A stretch of DNA of 64,000 nucleotides from positions 6,634,001 through 6,698,000 of the forward strand of contig OZ038378.1 of the NCBI GenBank assembly GCA_964036045.1. Reading direction: 5' to 3'. Within the stretch, counting starts at the first letter, position 1. Every line of letters begins with the position of its first letter. The notes below the pieces were generated by a model. The model saw nothing but the letters and a program-made list of their open reading frames with translations, was not told where the DNA came from and did not search any database. Shown here one piece after another: positions 1-12,500 of this stretch. The position numbers were made by a program, and so were the translations under genes. The stretch is from Eutreptiella sp. 'Long Island Sound 2002'. Lineage: Eukaryota; Protista; Euglenida.

Positions 1-1
1 C

Positions 2-529
2 CTTCTGCGTGTTCAATCGCCGAGCTTGTACAGCACTGCCAACCACCAGAATGGCACGCCCTCCTCCAACAAGCTTCAGTCTGCCACGCAATGGTTCCTG
101 GGGGCGGGTGCCCTGTGCGCTTGTGCCGCAACGTTGGTTCTGTTGGCCAGCGCCTCTGAAGCACAGGTCTTGGCGATTGAACCTTTGACCGGAAGGCAGA
201 AGGACCCCATGATGAGCCTGATGACTCGCAGGACAGCATCTCTTGAGGCGGAAGGCACTGCACCTCCCATGCATCCAGCGGTCCCACTCAGGCCTGTGGT
301 CTCCAACGGCCCTGTCCACATGCGTCCTGCGATGGCAGTAGAGCCGCAGATGGGCGTGCCAAGCGGTGAGCACTCAACTTGGACTTTTCTGACTATCTCC
401 GTGGCTTTCTTTGCTATTCCTGTGGCTGTGGTGTACCACGGCCGCAGAATCTTCAAGTCAAAGAACGTCCCTGGGGCTGTGGATCTGTTCTGCACGAAGC
501 CTGCGACCAACTTTTCTCTGAAGTTGGAG
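2..529 (+). CDS. clpC: clpC exon 1 (partial): bipartite plastid presequence with two hydrophobic segments
   Basis: Frame open from position 2. TM1 [19 protein letters not shown], then a spacer, then TM2 [19 protein letters not shown] followed by basic HGRRIFKSK. The donor at 530 (GAG|GTTGCC) was chosen for phase with exon 2 and is less certain than the others. Confidence 0.75.
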
Positions 530-3500
530 GTTGCCTTTCCACTCCCTGCCAGTCCCTCGCCTTCTCTCCCATTTGTTGGCTACTTCGGCACGTCAGATAT
601 CTGCCCAGTTGCTCTGTGTTAGGGATGACCATGTCGGGTTTCGAGTCTCGCATGCCTGTGTCATGTGCATGCAGGTCCCTTGCTCTTCATGCGGGTCTGA
701 TCCATGTATTTTTCGAGGTGGTCTTCTTGCCTCCCATCCTCCAACGTCCCTCCACTCCTTCCTGGTACCCCCACTTCCTCAGACTTCCTCAGACTTCACC
801 CGCTTCCCCGCCATTCGTCCCAGCCACGCACCATTCCTTCCCAATCCCTCTTACCCCCACTCCATCCGCTCCCTTCCACACCGGCCCACTCCTTCCCTCC
901 CTCCTGCTACCTCCCGCGCCTCTACCACTCCCTTGTACACCCTCCCACGGGTTTCTCATCTCTGACACGATCTCAGCCATCCCATTTCTGGCATGGGCGG
1001 TGACCGCATACTTGCTAATTCGCAGACATGCACTAGTTGGGCGACTGATTGATTTGCATATGATACTGCCATGGCATGGTGCCTTCTTCCTCCTTTCTTA
1101 AACGCCGGAAAAGCCATTTCTTTTGGACTGATTCTTAAATGGTCTGCTTTACGTTCACAATATGGTGTGCAAACCCTCATTTTAGCATGAAGAAAGGCAA
1201 ACACTAGATTTTGGGTTGTCAAAATGTGGCCAAGAGGGATGGGTCTTGCGTTACATGGCCGTGTCCTTGAAAACTGTGTCAGCCCGCTGGAAAACGGCGG
1301 GCGGGGGACTATGTTGTATTTGTGCATCCTAAATCCAGTCCATCGTTGTCAGGTGCATTCCAGTGCAATAGCAACAAACAAACACTCGGCGGAAGCTTAT
1401 GAAGCATTGGAACGGTCGAAACAGTGGGAGGGTGGGACGGTGTCTGGATCGCAATACATTCTTCGGGGGGCATAAGCCAACACCGGGGTTGTGGCTCAGC
1501 CCACACGGGGGTTGTGGCTCAGCCAACCTCAGGACCCAGGCCCCCGTCCCCCCGGGAGGGCCCTCCTGGCCATGATAGTGCCACATCTACCCCAGACAGC
1601 AGGCTGAGACCGCATGGGTTATGTAGCCCCTTTGGTTCCTCCCCCTATACTGTTGCTTGGGGGGATGATGAAGTACACACATGCTGACCCCGGCAGGAAC
1701 ACCGCAGCTCGGGCTACAAGGCCAAGCTGTGGAGTGACACCCCAACCCCCCTGCCCCTTTTGCCAGGGCCCACCCCCCACCCCATCCACGCCCTCTGGGC
1801 CCCAGGATACTGCAGAGTATCCAGGTCTACTGAGCCAGGCTTCCGATGTAGGCCAAAGTATTCAGTAGGAGTCAAGGGAACCGTCTCAGAGGTGTGCTCT
1901 TGGGAGCCTGCTCAATCAAATGGAGGTACCAGAGGCCCAGCTTCACATCGTAGAACGGACACAAGGGTGTTAAAGGATCTGCCAAGGCACATGTTTTGTT
2001 GATGGAATGTATATGCAGGGGGGCTCAATTTCTTAGAATTTGGGCACCATGCCGGGGTTTGTGACCGCACCCCGTTTTTGAAAGTATCTCTCATGGAGTT
2101 TTAAGGGGTTTCTGGATGCAGACCCCGCCCCCTTTCTTTGTACCACCACCACCACCACCACCACCAACACCACCACCACCACTACTGCTGCTGCTGCTGC
2201 TTCTGCTGCTGCTAAATGTCCCTGGGAGGGGGTCTGAAGCATGGTATCCGATTTTTGAGAAACCGACCCCTTCTGGGTATGCATACAAGCCCGTTGTGGC
2301 AACAGGCCAATGGCCCTGCAGAGTAGGAATTTCCACCGGCAGGGTCGTTGGACGACAAAGTGAGCAGGAGCAAGCACGATGGATGAATTGGAAAGTGATG
2401 CAGGAGAGGAAATGGGTGCAACAGTTGTGTGAATAGCTTGAGCTTGGCGGATTGAGCCAGCCATCGGGTGGGGCGTGAGGCCTCCTTTTCGAGCACGGAA
2501 CTACAGCGCTGCTGTAGCAAGAGCTCCGCCCATGGCTGGGGGTGGCATCAAAAGAGGCAGAACTGCTGATTTCAGGAGGTGGACCTATTTTCCAAAGAGA
2601 AAAGAGGAACGCTCTGGGTGGCGGCACACACAACACCCAATCTTTTGTGTACCATATCCATTCTGAAAACTGGACCAAAGTGGGAGGGGAACAGAAGTGC
2701 ATAGGTGAGAGGCAGGCGCTTCTGAACACCAGACCAGAAACCTCAAATAGTGCACAGCACAGGCTCAAGGACATTCGGTGCTGGTGCAGTGGCGAACACA
2801 CCACAGCGTTTGCATTGACAACAGACGGTATACTGCATTGAGTGTAATAGGAGTTCAGGCTCGTGCCGGTCATCCGAAACCTGACGGAATGGCCTCACTA
2901 CATTCCCTCCCTCCTCTTTGCAGGCCCCCCGGCACGATTGTGTGAACGATTTGGTCTCGTTGCAAGGCCCCAGAGGCTGCAGCATCGACATGCTTGCGCA
3001 CACAGCCGCGCACCGGGTGACCATGGTCTGTGGCCCAAACGTCCAGCCTCACGTTCGATTTGCGGTGTTCGTACTCTTCGAAAAGTTCACAGAGAAGGGG
3101 GTCCGTGTCATTATGTTGGCACAGGAGGAGGCCCGCCGCAGCGGACACAACCACGTGGGCTCGGAGCAAATGCTGCTTGGGATAGTTGGGGAGGGCTCAG
3201 GCTTGGCCGCGAGGCTGCTCAAGACGTACGGCCTCGACCTCAAGACTGCGCGCAGCGAAGTCAGTTCCCTTATTGGACGGGGTCGGGAGCACGTCGGAGT
3301 AGAAATCCCTTTCACCCCTCGAGCCATCAGGTACGTTCTTTGCGGTGGACATGTACTTCACATTTTCGCCGTCCTGAGACCATTGGATTGATGTGGCATC
3401 TTTGGCTGCGACGGAGAAGGGCTAGGGCAAACACATATGGGCCAAATTGATCACCGTGTACATTCACTGCACTGCAGCTCAATGCCTTGATTTGGCTTGA

Positions 3501-6500
3501 GATGAATGGCCTCGTTCTTTGTTTGTTTTATTTCGTAGTGGCCCCTTGAATGCCGCCCTAGTTTCCTACAGCACCCGTCGGTCCCCTCCCGCTGCCGTCG
3601 GTCATCCTTCGGCCAGGGAACAAAGAGCTGGAGGCCGGCCGTGGGCCAATCGAACACTTACGGTGTGAGGAGCTTCCACCTGCGTGACTACGCTTGAATT
3701 GTGCCAAACTTGATGCGTTGGGGTTTGTCCAAGAACACCAGCACATGAGCACATTGAACAATTGGAATGCTGGATTTTGCAGCATGTTGGGTGCCGGGGA
3801 CCAACAAGCTCATGGCACCTAAAAAAAAAATTACAGTTTCCCTCCAATAGTGGACGCCAGATTTGTGTGTTTCCCTTAGCTTGGCCGTTGAGGACTGCCC
3901 TGGCAAGGGACATGTACAAGGACGTGAGTGCACACGATCCAAACCCTTCATCAGCCAATGAATCGTGTACATCACATCGCAACTGGCCTTGGACCCATGC
4001 GGTGCTATGATTCGCTGGCCTTGTGGGCCAGAGCCATGTCAGACGGCCTGTCGAAGGCGCTCACAGGATGGTCCATGGCGGCCTGGCAGTGCACCAACGT
4101 ATTTGGGTATTGTTAGAGTTTGGTGGTTCAGCCACGGCAGTTGTCAGCCACTGGCAGTTCAACCCAAGCGCCGAGTGGGCACACACACGCAGGTTTCGAG
4201 GTAGGGATGCCCCGGTAGAACCTTTTTCTCACGTGAATTCATCATCAAAGAAGCTGCCAAGCCCATTCTATGGGCCTTCGATGTCCACTGCGGTTCTGAT
4301 TCAAAAAGAAAGCAGGGCGGGAAAAGAGGGCACCCGTCCTCTCCTTCTAATAGCCCCAACATTCTTGGTCGCTGCTGCTGCTGCTGCTGTGGGTTGTGTT
4401 TGTTTGATGCTCTTACTCTGACCACAATTGGCTGACCTCAGAAAGACAGGTGACGAGTGGAACTTTGTCTCAGGCACAGGTTCCCTGATTTATACCTGCG
4501 GCTGGCCTCCTCTCGCCCATAAATGCTCTCAGCTGAGAAAAATAATGAACAATTGATTTTTCGTAATTTCCTCATTTGCTTTCACCACAATTTCGACGCA
4601 CGTTGCTCTCTGAATTGATTGGCCTCTATTTTCCTGAAATTTGTTATAACGACACCCTCTTCCCCACAAATCTACTGTAAAGCAAGCAACAAGCAACAAG
4701 AAGCAAGCCATTCATTGCTCCATATTGTTAATTGCTAGGAAAAGGCAGCACCCCACCCGCTGTAAGTCTGAGGGCTTTGGCCGCCACAGGTGCCCTTGAC
4801 AAATCCAAAGTTGGAGCTAACAAAACCTCAGCAAGGGTGGCATGGGGTTGGGGGTCTAGTGAGCAAAATTGTACCAGTTTTGATCACAAACAACCATTTT
4901 TTGTCCCAAAACGTCCCCCGAACCCCATTGGACGGCCAAAACACGAGAAATGGCTGCCACACGGCTTGCTTTGCTGATGTGAACAATGTCGCTTAACCTT
5001 CTAAATCCACAACATGTCCGAGCAATGCCCTCCAAAAAGCTCACAACACCCTCAAATCTGCACTGATTGGCGGGAAACAGCCCCCAACCAAGATTGGGCC
5101 GTGTTTGGGGCTGTGTGGCTCGAAATCTGATTCCCAGGGCACCTAGTTCACCCGCAACCTCCCACTTTTTGTAGTTTCCAACAGCAGTGACTCGCTGGTA
5201 AATGGCAGATTATCCATGGGCTGTTGCAGGCTGTTTCCTGGTGTATTCATGTCCGCTCCCAAGAGATCATATGTTTTGCATCTTTCTGGGTGCTGGCTGC
5301 CGAAACCAGTGCAGACCCTCATCCATGTCCACCCTGCAACAGGTTACTGGACGAGTGTCAAAGCGAGGCTCAGGCTCTCGGCCATAATTACATTGGCACG
5401 GAGCATCTGCTGCTGGTATTGCTGAAGGACACAGAGGGAACCGCCGCAAAGGTGCTAAACCACTTGGAAATCAACCGAGAACGTGTGCGGGAGGAAGTGC
5501 TTGAGGCCATCACGGACCCCACCCCCAGAGATGATATTGACAAAATGAAGCCGAAGCTGGTCACTGCTGGCAACGTGTGGCAGAAGTCCAAAGATGAGGT
5601 TTGTGGGCCCAAATGCTGCGTTGCTCCCCATCCAGTCTGACAAATGGGTCAACCCACATGATGCATAGTGTAAGGGGCCTGCTCGACAAAAAAAAATGCT
5701 TCCGCAAATTCTTACGACCCACACAGTATATTATGCATGCATGCATACACATGTATGCATGCATTCTCACATATGTTCATGCATGTGTGCATGCCTGTGT
5801 ATGTATATTTGCTACGTACTAGTCATCTGTGCCTGGTTCTGATGACCATGCCATGCACATCTGATACGCTGTGTGCGGAAGTCTGTTTCAAGCACGCGCC
5901 GATATTTTGCCTTGAAATGCCATTGACCGTAATAAAGGTGTTGTGGGCCAAACCGTTGGAGGGAGCTTCGAGCATGTCGTCCCCTCATGGCCCTCTCAGG
6001 GTGAGAGCACGCTCAAAGAGTTCAGTGTGGACCTTACTGAAAGGGCGAGGAATGGCGAACTGGACCCCGTTGTTGGGCGGGATAAGGAGATTGAACGTGT
6101 GATCCAGATCTTGGGCCGTCGTACAAAGAACAACCCTTGCCTTATCGGGGAGCCTGGGGTTGGGAAAACCGCAGTTGCAGAGGGGCTGGCACAAATGATC
6201 GTTGACGGCAACGTGCCAGACAAGCTCCTGAACAAGCATGTTGCTCAATTGGATTTGTCCCTGCTGGTTGCTGGCACGAGGTTCCGTGGAGAATTCGAAG
6301 AACGGTGTGTATTGCAGAGGATTCCTCTTTTGTGCATGTTTGTGGGAGGGTTGGGATCAGTCAGCAGCTGTGTCTCTGCCTTCACAGAGGCATTTGCTGG
6401 CCCTTTTCTGTATGCACCTCCACTCTCCAACCAATGCAACCCTCGGTACCACCTCTCCACGGTAATGCATCCTCCACAGCCCTCTCCAACCCCATGGCGC

Positions 6501-9500
6501 CTTCCACGCCTGTTGTAGACAACATCATGAGCCGGCTCTATGCCTGCAGCTGCTCGCTATGGTGCACACATGCTTGTGGTTGGTGCCACGCATAAGGCTT
6601 CGTTAGACCAGCTCTGATAGCTTTTCAGCCAGAAACTGGGCAGTCAGGATATCGTCAGGGAGCGCACACTTTCGCAATCTTCCCCTGGCTCGTTGGGCTA
6701 CTTGCTTCCATTTTGGTAGGATATCGTCAGGGAGCGCACACTTTCGCAATCTTCCCCTGGCTCGTTGGGCTACTTGCTTCCATTTTGGTAGCCTCATGAC
6801 TGGCACCCCATTTAGACTGTGGTGAGGGTGATAAAAGGGCTACTTGCCCTCGATTTATCATACAGCGTGGGTGTTGATGATACAAAGCACCAATGTCTGC
6901 TACCCTATTACGGAACTGTTGGTCTTCCCCAGCCACCTGATCTGTCAATACCAAGTAACTGTTCATTGGGTGCGCAGGGTCAATGTGCTCGTGTCAGTAA
7001 GTTACACCAATTTTTTGAGCAAGTTTTGTGACCGCTCATGTAAAAACACTCACTTTTTCTGACCCTTTACTCACCGCAAAAGTCATCACTGTCGAAATAT
7101 CAAATACTTGTAAAATGCATAATTCTGTGAGTGAGGACTGATTTCCTGACGACGGGAGAAAAACCCAAACGATTAAAATAACTTTTTTCTTGCCATGCTT
7201 TGGCCTGGCTTGTCAAGCATAAAATTGGCTGCACAAATGCGTCAAACCAGACCCGGACAAGCAGCCCTTCGACTACCTTTCGTTTGCATAGCACTATTTT
7301 CGAGTTATTGCCCACTGCCATGGCTTGCTTTGATGCTGATGGTCACAGGGCAGAAATGTTTGATTTTTGTTGCATCGGGAATACCATAGAGGTCCATTCC
7401 ACATACAAACTCCTCTTTGGAGTACCTCATGATTTGATTGCATTGCATACTGGAATGCATTCTTCAGCCTGAGAAAAGTCCTGGACGAGGTCAAGGAGAG
7501 CAACAACGTCATTCTCGTGATCGATGAGGTGCACACTTTAGCAGGCGCTGGTGCCGCTGAAGGTGGGATCAATGCTGCCAACATCATGAAGCCCGGTCTG
7601 GCACGTGGTGAGTATCAAGTGATCGGGGCCACCACCATCTCTGAGTACCGCCAATACATTGAGAAGGACGCTGCCCTGGAGCGGAGGCTGCAACCGGCAA
7701 TCGTGCCTGAGCCCAGCCTTGAAGAGTGCATCCAGATCCTGACGGGGCTGAAACCAAAGTATGAAGCACATCACAAGCTGAAGTACACGGATGAGGCCGT
7801 GGAGGCAGCAGCGAAGCTGTCAGCGCAGTACATCAACGACCGCTTCCTTCCGGACAAAGCCATTGATTTGCTGGACGAGGCCGGTTCTTGTCAGCGCCTG
7901 GCGGCGTCCAGGCGCAACGCACCGCCCTCGAAGGTGCAGAAGCTGCAGAAGCAGTTGTGCACACTGAAGCAGGTGGAGGCTGACCACTTGCACTCCCATG
8001 AATTCGAGCAGCTTGCGGTCGTGCGTCGCCAGATTCAGGAGCTCGAGGACAAGCTCCAAGGAATGACGGTATGAGTGCCACCAATGTCAATGGCTGTGAC
8101 CTGGGGCTCTGCTGCGATAATTGCTTCCGAGTTTGGGGTATTCCGGGTCACGTCTGTGCATTCTGTGAAAATTCTGCTCACGCCTTGCCTGCCTCTCATC
8201 TGCCCATTGTGTGTCCTCTGTTTTGCCCCATATGCCCTTTGCAGACCACCCCCCCCACACACACACACACCTCACTGCATGCTTCATGAGCTGCATGATT
8301 GGGCCCCGAGCGATTCTCGGAGGAGGCCACTGCAAAGAGGAGGGGCGGTATTGGGAAGCACTGGCGGGTGGTTTGAGGACCGCTTGTCAAACCTTGGGGA
8401 CAGTCCTCTCTTGGAGACGTGGACCACCTTGAAGCAGTGATGGTGTGCTTCGGACGAGGGCAAGCAGTTGGCTGTCCTTAGGTGTAACCCATTGTGCCAC
8501 AGGGAGCACCCAGGGGACGCATAGGGATAACAAAGGGTGCACAAAAGGCACAGGCAGGGAGACACCCAGCACAGAATGGGCATGCGTGTGAAAAGTGCGC
8601 GCGTGGGTCTAGAAACAGCGCGCACGGGCAAATGGCAGCACAAACGGGGCGCATGAGGGGCACGTTGTGAGAAAGGGAATGCATTCGTCGGAAGGAAACA
8701 AAGCCAGGACGGATTTATTCCCTGAAAGGCTTGCACATATCCATTTCGTATAGCGATTTGTAGGTACCGAGCAGCCACTGTTGAAGGGGTGGTACATGTT
8801 TGATCGCATCAAGGGGAAGGATTTGTACACGTGTGTCCCTGATGGCACGACTGCCCTCTCCATTTGCCATGTGTACCCCAACCTGCATTATGCGTTCAGC
8901 TTTGTCCATCTGTCGAAATGCAGCGCTCTCTTGTTTCACGGTGGCACCCTCCAAGCAGAGTTGACCGCCACTGCAGCTGCAATTCTGGCCAACCAGTACA
9001 AGCAGAGGCAAAAGCAGAAGAATATTTGCAGAGGGATATTAGGGTTGTTGGCCTCGAATAGGGTTACCCACCCACCCCCTTAGAAGCCTGGTGTGGATGG
9101 CCCTCCCTTACACCCCCCTCGTGTGGGATTTCGAAGTGTGTGCCCTCTGTATACGTGCATGCACGGAGTGGGCCGTTTGTATTCCCCTGTGCACCCTCTG
9201 TGTGCTGTCCGTCTCCCCATCTGTAACGTGTGTGTGCCCCCTATGTGTCCCTTGTGTTGCGAGGGCAAGGCTGAGGCGTTCAATTTACAGTTGTTAGGCC
9301 GCCTGTTGACAAGAGGCCTTGCGGCAGCCATCACTCCTGTAATTCTCAACCTGCAGCCCCATCAGAGCCATGCTCATGACGAAGACATGACACCACGTTA
9401 CCACCAAAAGGGCCGCAGATTGTAGATCTTCGGGGGTCGGGAGGGGGCTCAGGTCGGGCTGAAGCCCGTTGAGGTGGTGGATCCTTTGTAAAAGGGACTC

Positions 9501-12500
9501 CAGTGTGCAGTCCATGTTCAATTTTGGGGACTCCTCCAGGGCGACAAACCGGTTGGCCCAGTGGCTGCCCAGACCAGTGACAGCGACGTGGTTGTCACGG
9601 CAGAGCACATTGCGGGCATCGTGGCGCGGTGGACTGGCATCCCTGTGGAGAAGGTCACCAGCGATCAGAGCTCTACGCTGCTGCATCTGGAGGAGCGCCT
9701 GCATGAGAAGGTGATTGGGCAGGAGCCGGCCGTCAGTGGCATTGCACGCGCACTGCGCCGCGCACGCGTTGGCATGAAGGACCCCAACCGGCCTATTGCC
9801 AGCCTCTTCTTCTTGGGGCCCACAGGCGTGGGCAAGACACAGTTGGCCAAGACCTTGGCAGCACAGTATTTCGGCGCTGAGGACGCCATGATCCGACTCG
9901 ACATGTCCGAGTACATGGAGCGTCATACCGTGTCGAAGCTGATCGGGTCCCCCCCAGGCTATGTGGGCTACGACGAGGGCGGCCAGGTGCTCCGCAGCAT
10001 GCTGTGTGCTGTGTGTGTGTGTGTGTGTGTGTGTCGTTGAATCGTCGCTGAATGTGTCCTGTCTGTGTGTTGCTGTGTGTTGGGTGTGTTAGTGTCTGAT
10101 CCTGGTCTGTGCTGCAGTTTGGCGCTGCAGGATCGGAAGATTGCTCTAAGATGTAAGCGTCAGTGTGAAAAGGTACGAGAAATCCTGCTTGACAGTATAG
10201 GACATGTCTCTCATTTCCCTACACTCTCAGACACTTTCCTGTATACAAGATTGATATATTTGCTGTAGGTAAGACAAGTGATTTAAAAATGCTGACGTTC
10301 GCATGATTTCGATAACTCCCTTTGGGCACAATGTGACTTCATACATCGCTGTTCACGATCTATGACGTCGACATGACATCATGTTGCATGTGTTCGTCAC
10401 TATAGGAATCAACAGTCCCTGTTGCAATGACCTGTCTAATCTTGTGACATGATTGTGACGTTTCTCCATTCGGACTCTCATGAGAATGACAATCACCCTA
10501 TCACTGTCTAAGATTCATGCTCTGTTGAGAATCGGCTTTTTCTTGCTTACATTGCTGCACTGTGTGCGCTGAGATTAGCTGCTTGTACGCGCGGTATTCG
10601 AAGTCTCAGCTCATCTCTTGCTGCCGTTTGTACTACAACCGGTTCCACATCGCTATGACCACACTTACGTGTTTCAAATGTCACAAAACGGGCCATTTGT
10701 CGCGCAATTGTCCTGAAAACAGTGCGTTGCAGAAACGACCCGATAACTACAAAAACGGGGAAGAGCCTGTTGGCACTTGGCCTGGTACTGGCAAGCCGCA
10801 GTACTGATGCGAATTTCATAAGAAACTTGTCGGGCACAAACAATCGAGCTGCCTTTTGGATACCACGACCGGCACTATGCCTCGTGCCTCTGATCCGGAT
10901 GCCATGGCCAACACTGTCCGTGAAATTCTGGCTGACGCATTGCCCCAGCATGCTGACGTCCTCCTTAAGAAAAACATTAAGTGGGGCATTGTCATCCACC
11001 TCACTCGGCAAGCTGATGACACTGACAAGGAAATCCTGTCTAAGGCGATCTCCAATTTGGAGTGCATCTATGCAAAAAACCAAGATGTCCTGCTTGGTTT
11101 TGCTACCAATGAGTATCGAGATGATGCTATGAATCGTCTTAAGTCCAGCAAGGATGGGGACATCGATCTCAAGATGGAACTCTTCCAGGGCTCTGTACCT
11201 CCTACTCAATCCCTTACTCCTATTGTTTTGGGTCGCCCTACGCTGAATTTGGCTGTTGCCCGGTCGGTACAACGTACCTCTGGTTCTCAGAGTTCTTCCT
11301 ATCCACTCTCGCAACCCAGCCAGTCCGATTCTTCTCCTCCGTTTTCGCAACCCAGCCAATTCAATGCATCCCAAAATGAGTCTATGGTGTTGGATATTCC
11401 CGATGAAGACCCGCTCACCAGACGAATGGATGTATTGGAAGATGGTATGAACCAGTTCAAACGTGAAATTCATCAAAAGGTTGATTCGTTGGGAAACAAA
11501 ATTGATGCTGCGCTTGCTGGGAAAACCCTCACGCTGTATGTTTTCCCTGATGAATGCCGATCCGCGGAGAAACCTGTGAAAGGTCAAGCTATCTGGTTCA
11601 CTTTTCGACGCTCTAGCGTGGAGCCTTGGGTTGCTTGTCCCGGTCGTGTCACTGATCTTATTGACAACGACAAGTTCGAGGCTGTGGCAGTGGACGACAA
11701 TGGCACGCCGGTTCCTAGTGTCACTGTCCGAGGTGTCCACAATAATATTGCGGCTACCGCTGATATCGCAAAAAATGTATAGATGAGCCTCCACGACCAA
11801 AAATCGTCCTTTCCACGTGGCTTACGCCGTTATGTGATCGGTCGTCAAATTTCTTGCACTGGACGTGTACCTGTCCTCGAACACAACAACCGGTGCTACC
11901 AAGCCGACCACCTTGCTTTCACTCATTGTATGTCTTCACACAACAGTGGATTATTCCGTCCTGCTATTGGACTTGTCCCTTCTGGTTCATGGACTCAGCT
12001 GCTTCTCAGCATTCAATGAATCAATCTGTTGATATTCGCCATGGAATAGGTCACTTGGATGTGTTAGAAGAATTTTTGGGTTTAAATAAAATGCAAGACT
12101 GTCTGCAGCACATGCTCAATGATGTCCGGCTGTCCCAAAAATTGTCGCAACCACGTGATTCTATGTCTACCTCTCCCACCACCCCCTTTGTTGTCGACTC
12201 CCCATATCCGTCGTCCCTCTTTGTTCGTGCTTTTGCCCATTCTGTATATCGGTATCCGTATTTGCGTACCCTGTGGACCCAATTTTGTAAATATCGGGAT
12301 CTCACATGTTGGACTGACGTATCCCCATCCTGTATCCGCTGTTTCCTGCCGTGGTTACTCAAATTTACCAATTATTTGTGGAATCTATTGTACTATATTC
12401 CACCTGTACATACCTCCTCAGGCCCCTATACACACCGTCTTTCTAAAGGCTCTTTGCATATGCTTACCCGAAGTCTGCATATTACGCTGGGAATTGATTT

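Noticed and set aside
6646-6791. Box C/D snoRNA on the minus strand (TGACGA...CTGA)
   Set aside because: The apparent C and D boxes are the same overlapping motif repeated by the duplication; no terminal stem or guide was identified.
8484-9067. MITE with gtaaccc/gggttac ends in clpC intron 5
   Set aside because: The inverted match is too short and no clear TSD is present.
10804-10835. Hammerhead-like CTGATG...GAAAC..GTC near the ORF1 TGA
   Set aside because: The core is CTGATGC rather than CTGANGA, and stems I and II do not pair.
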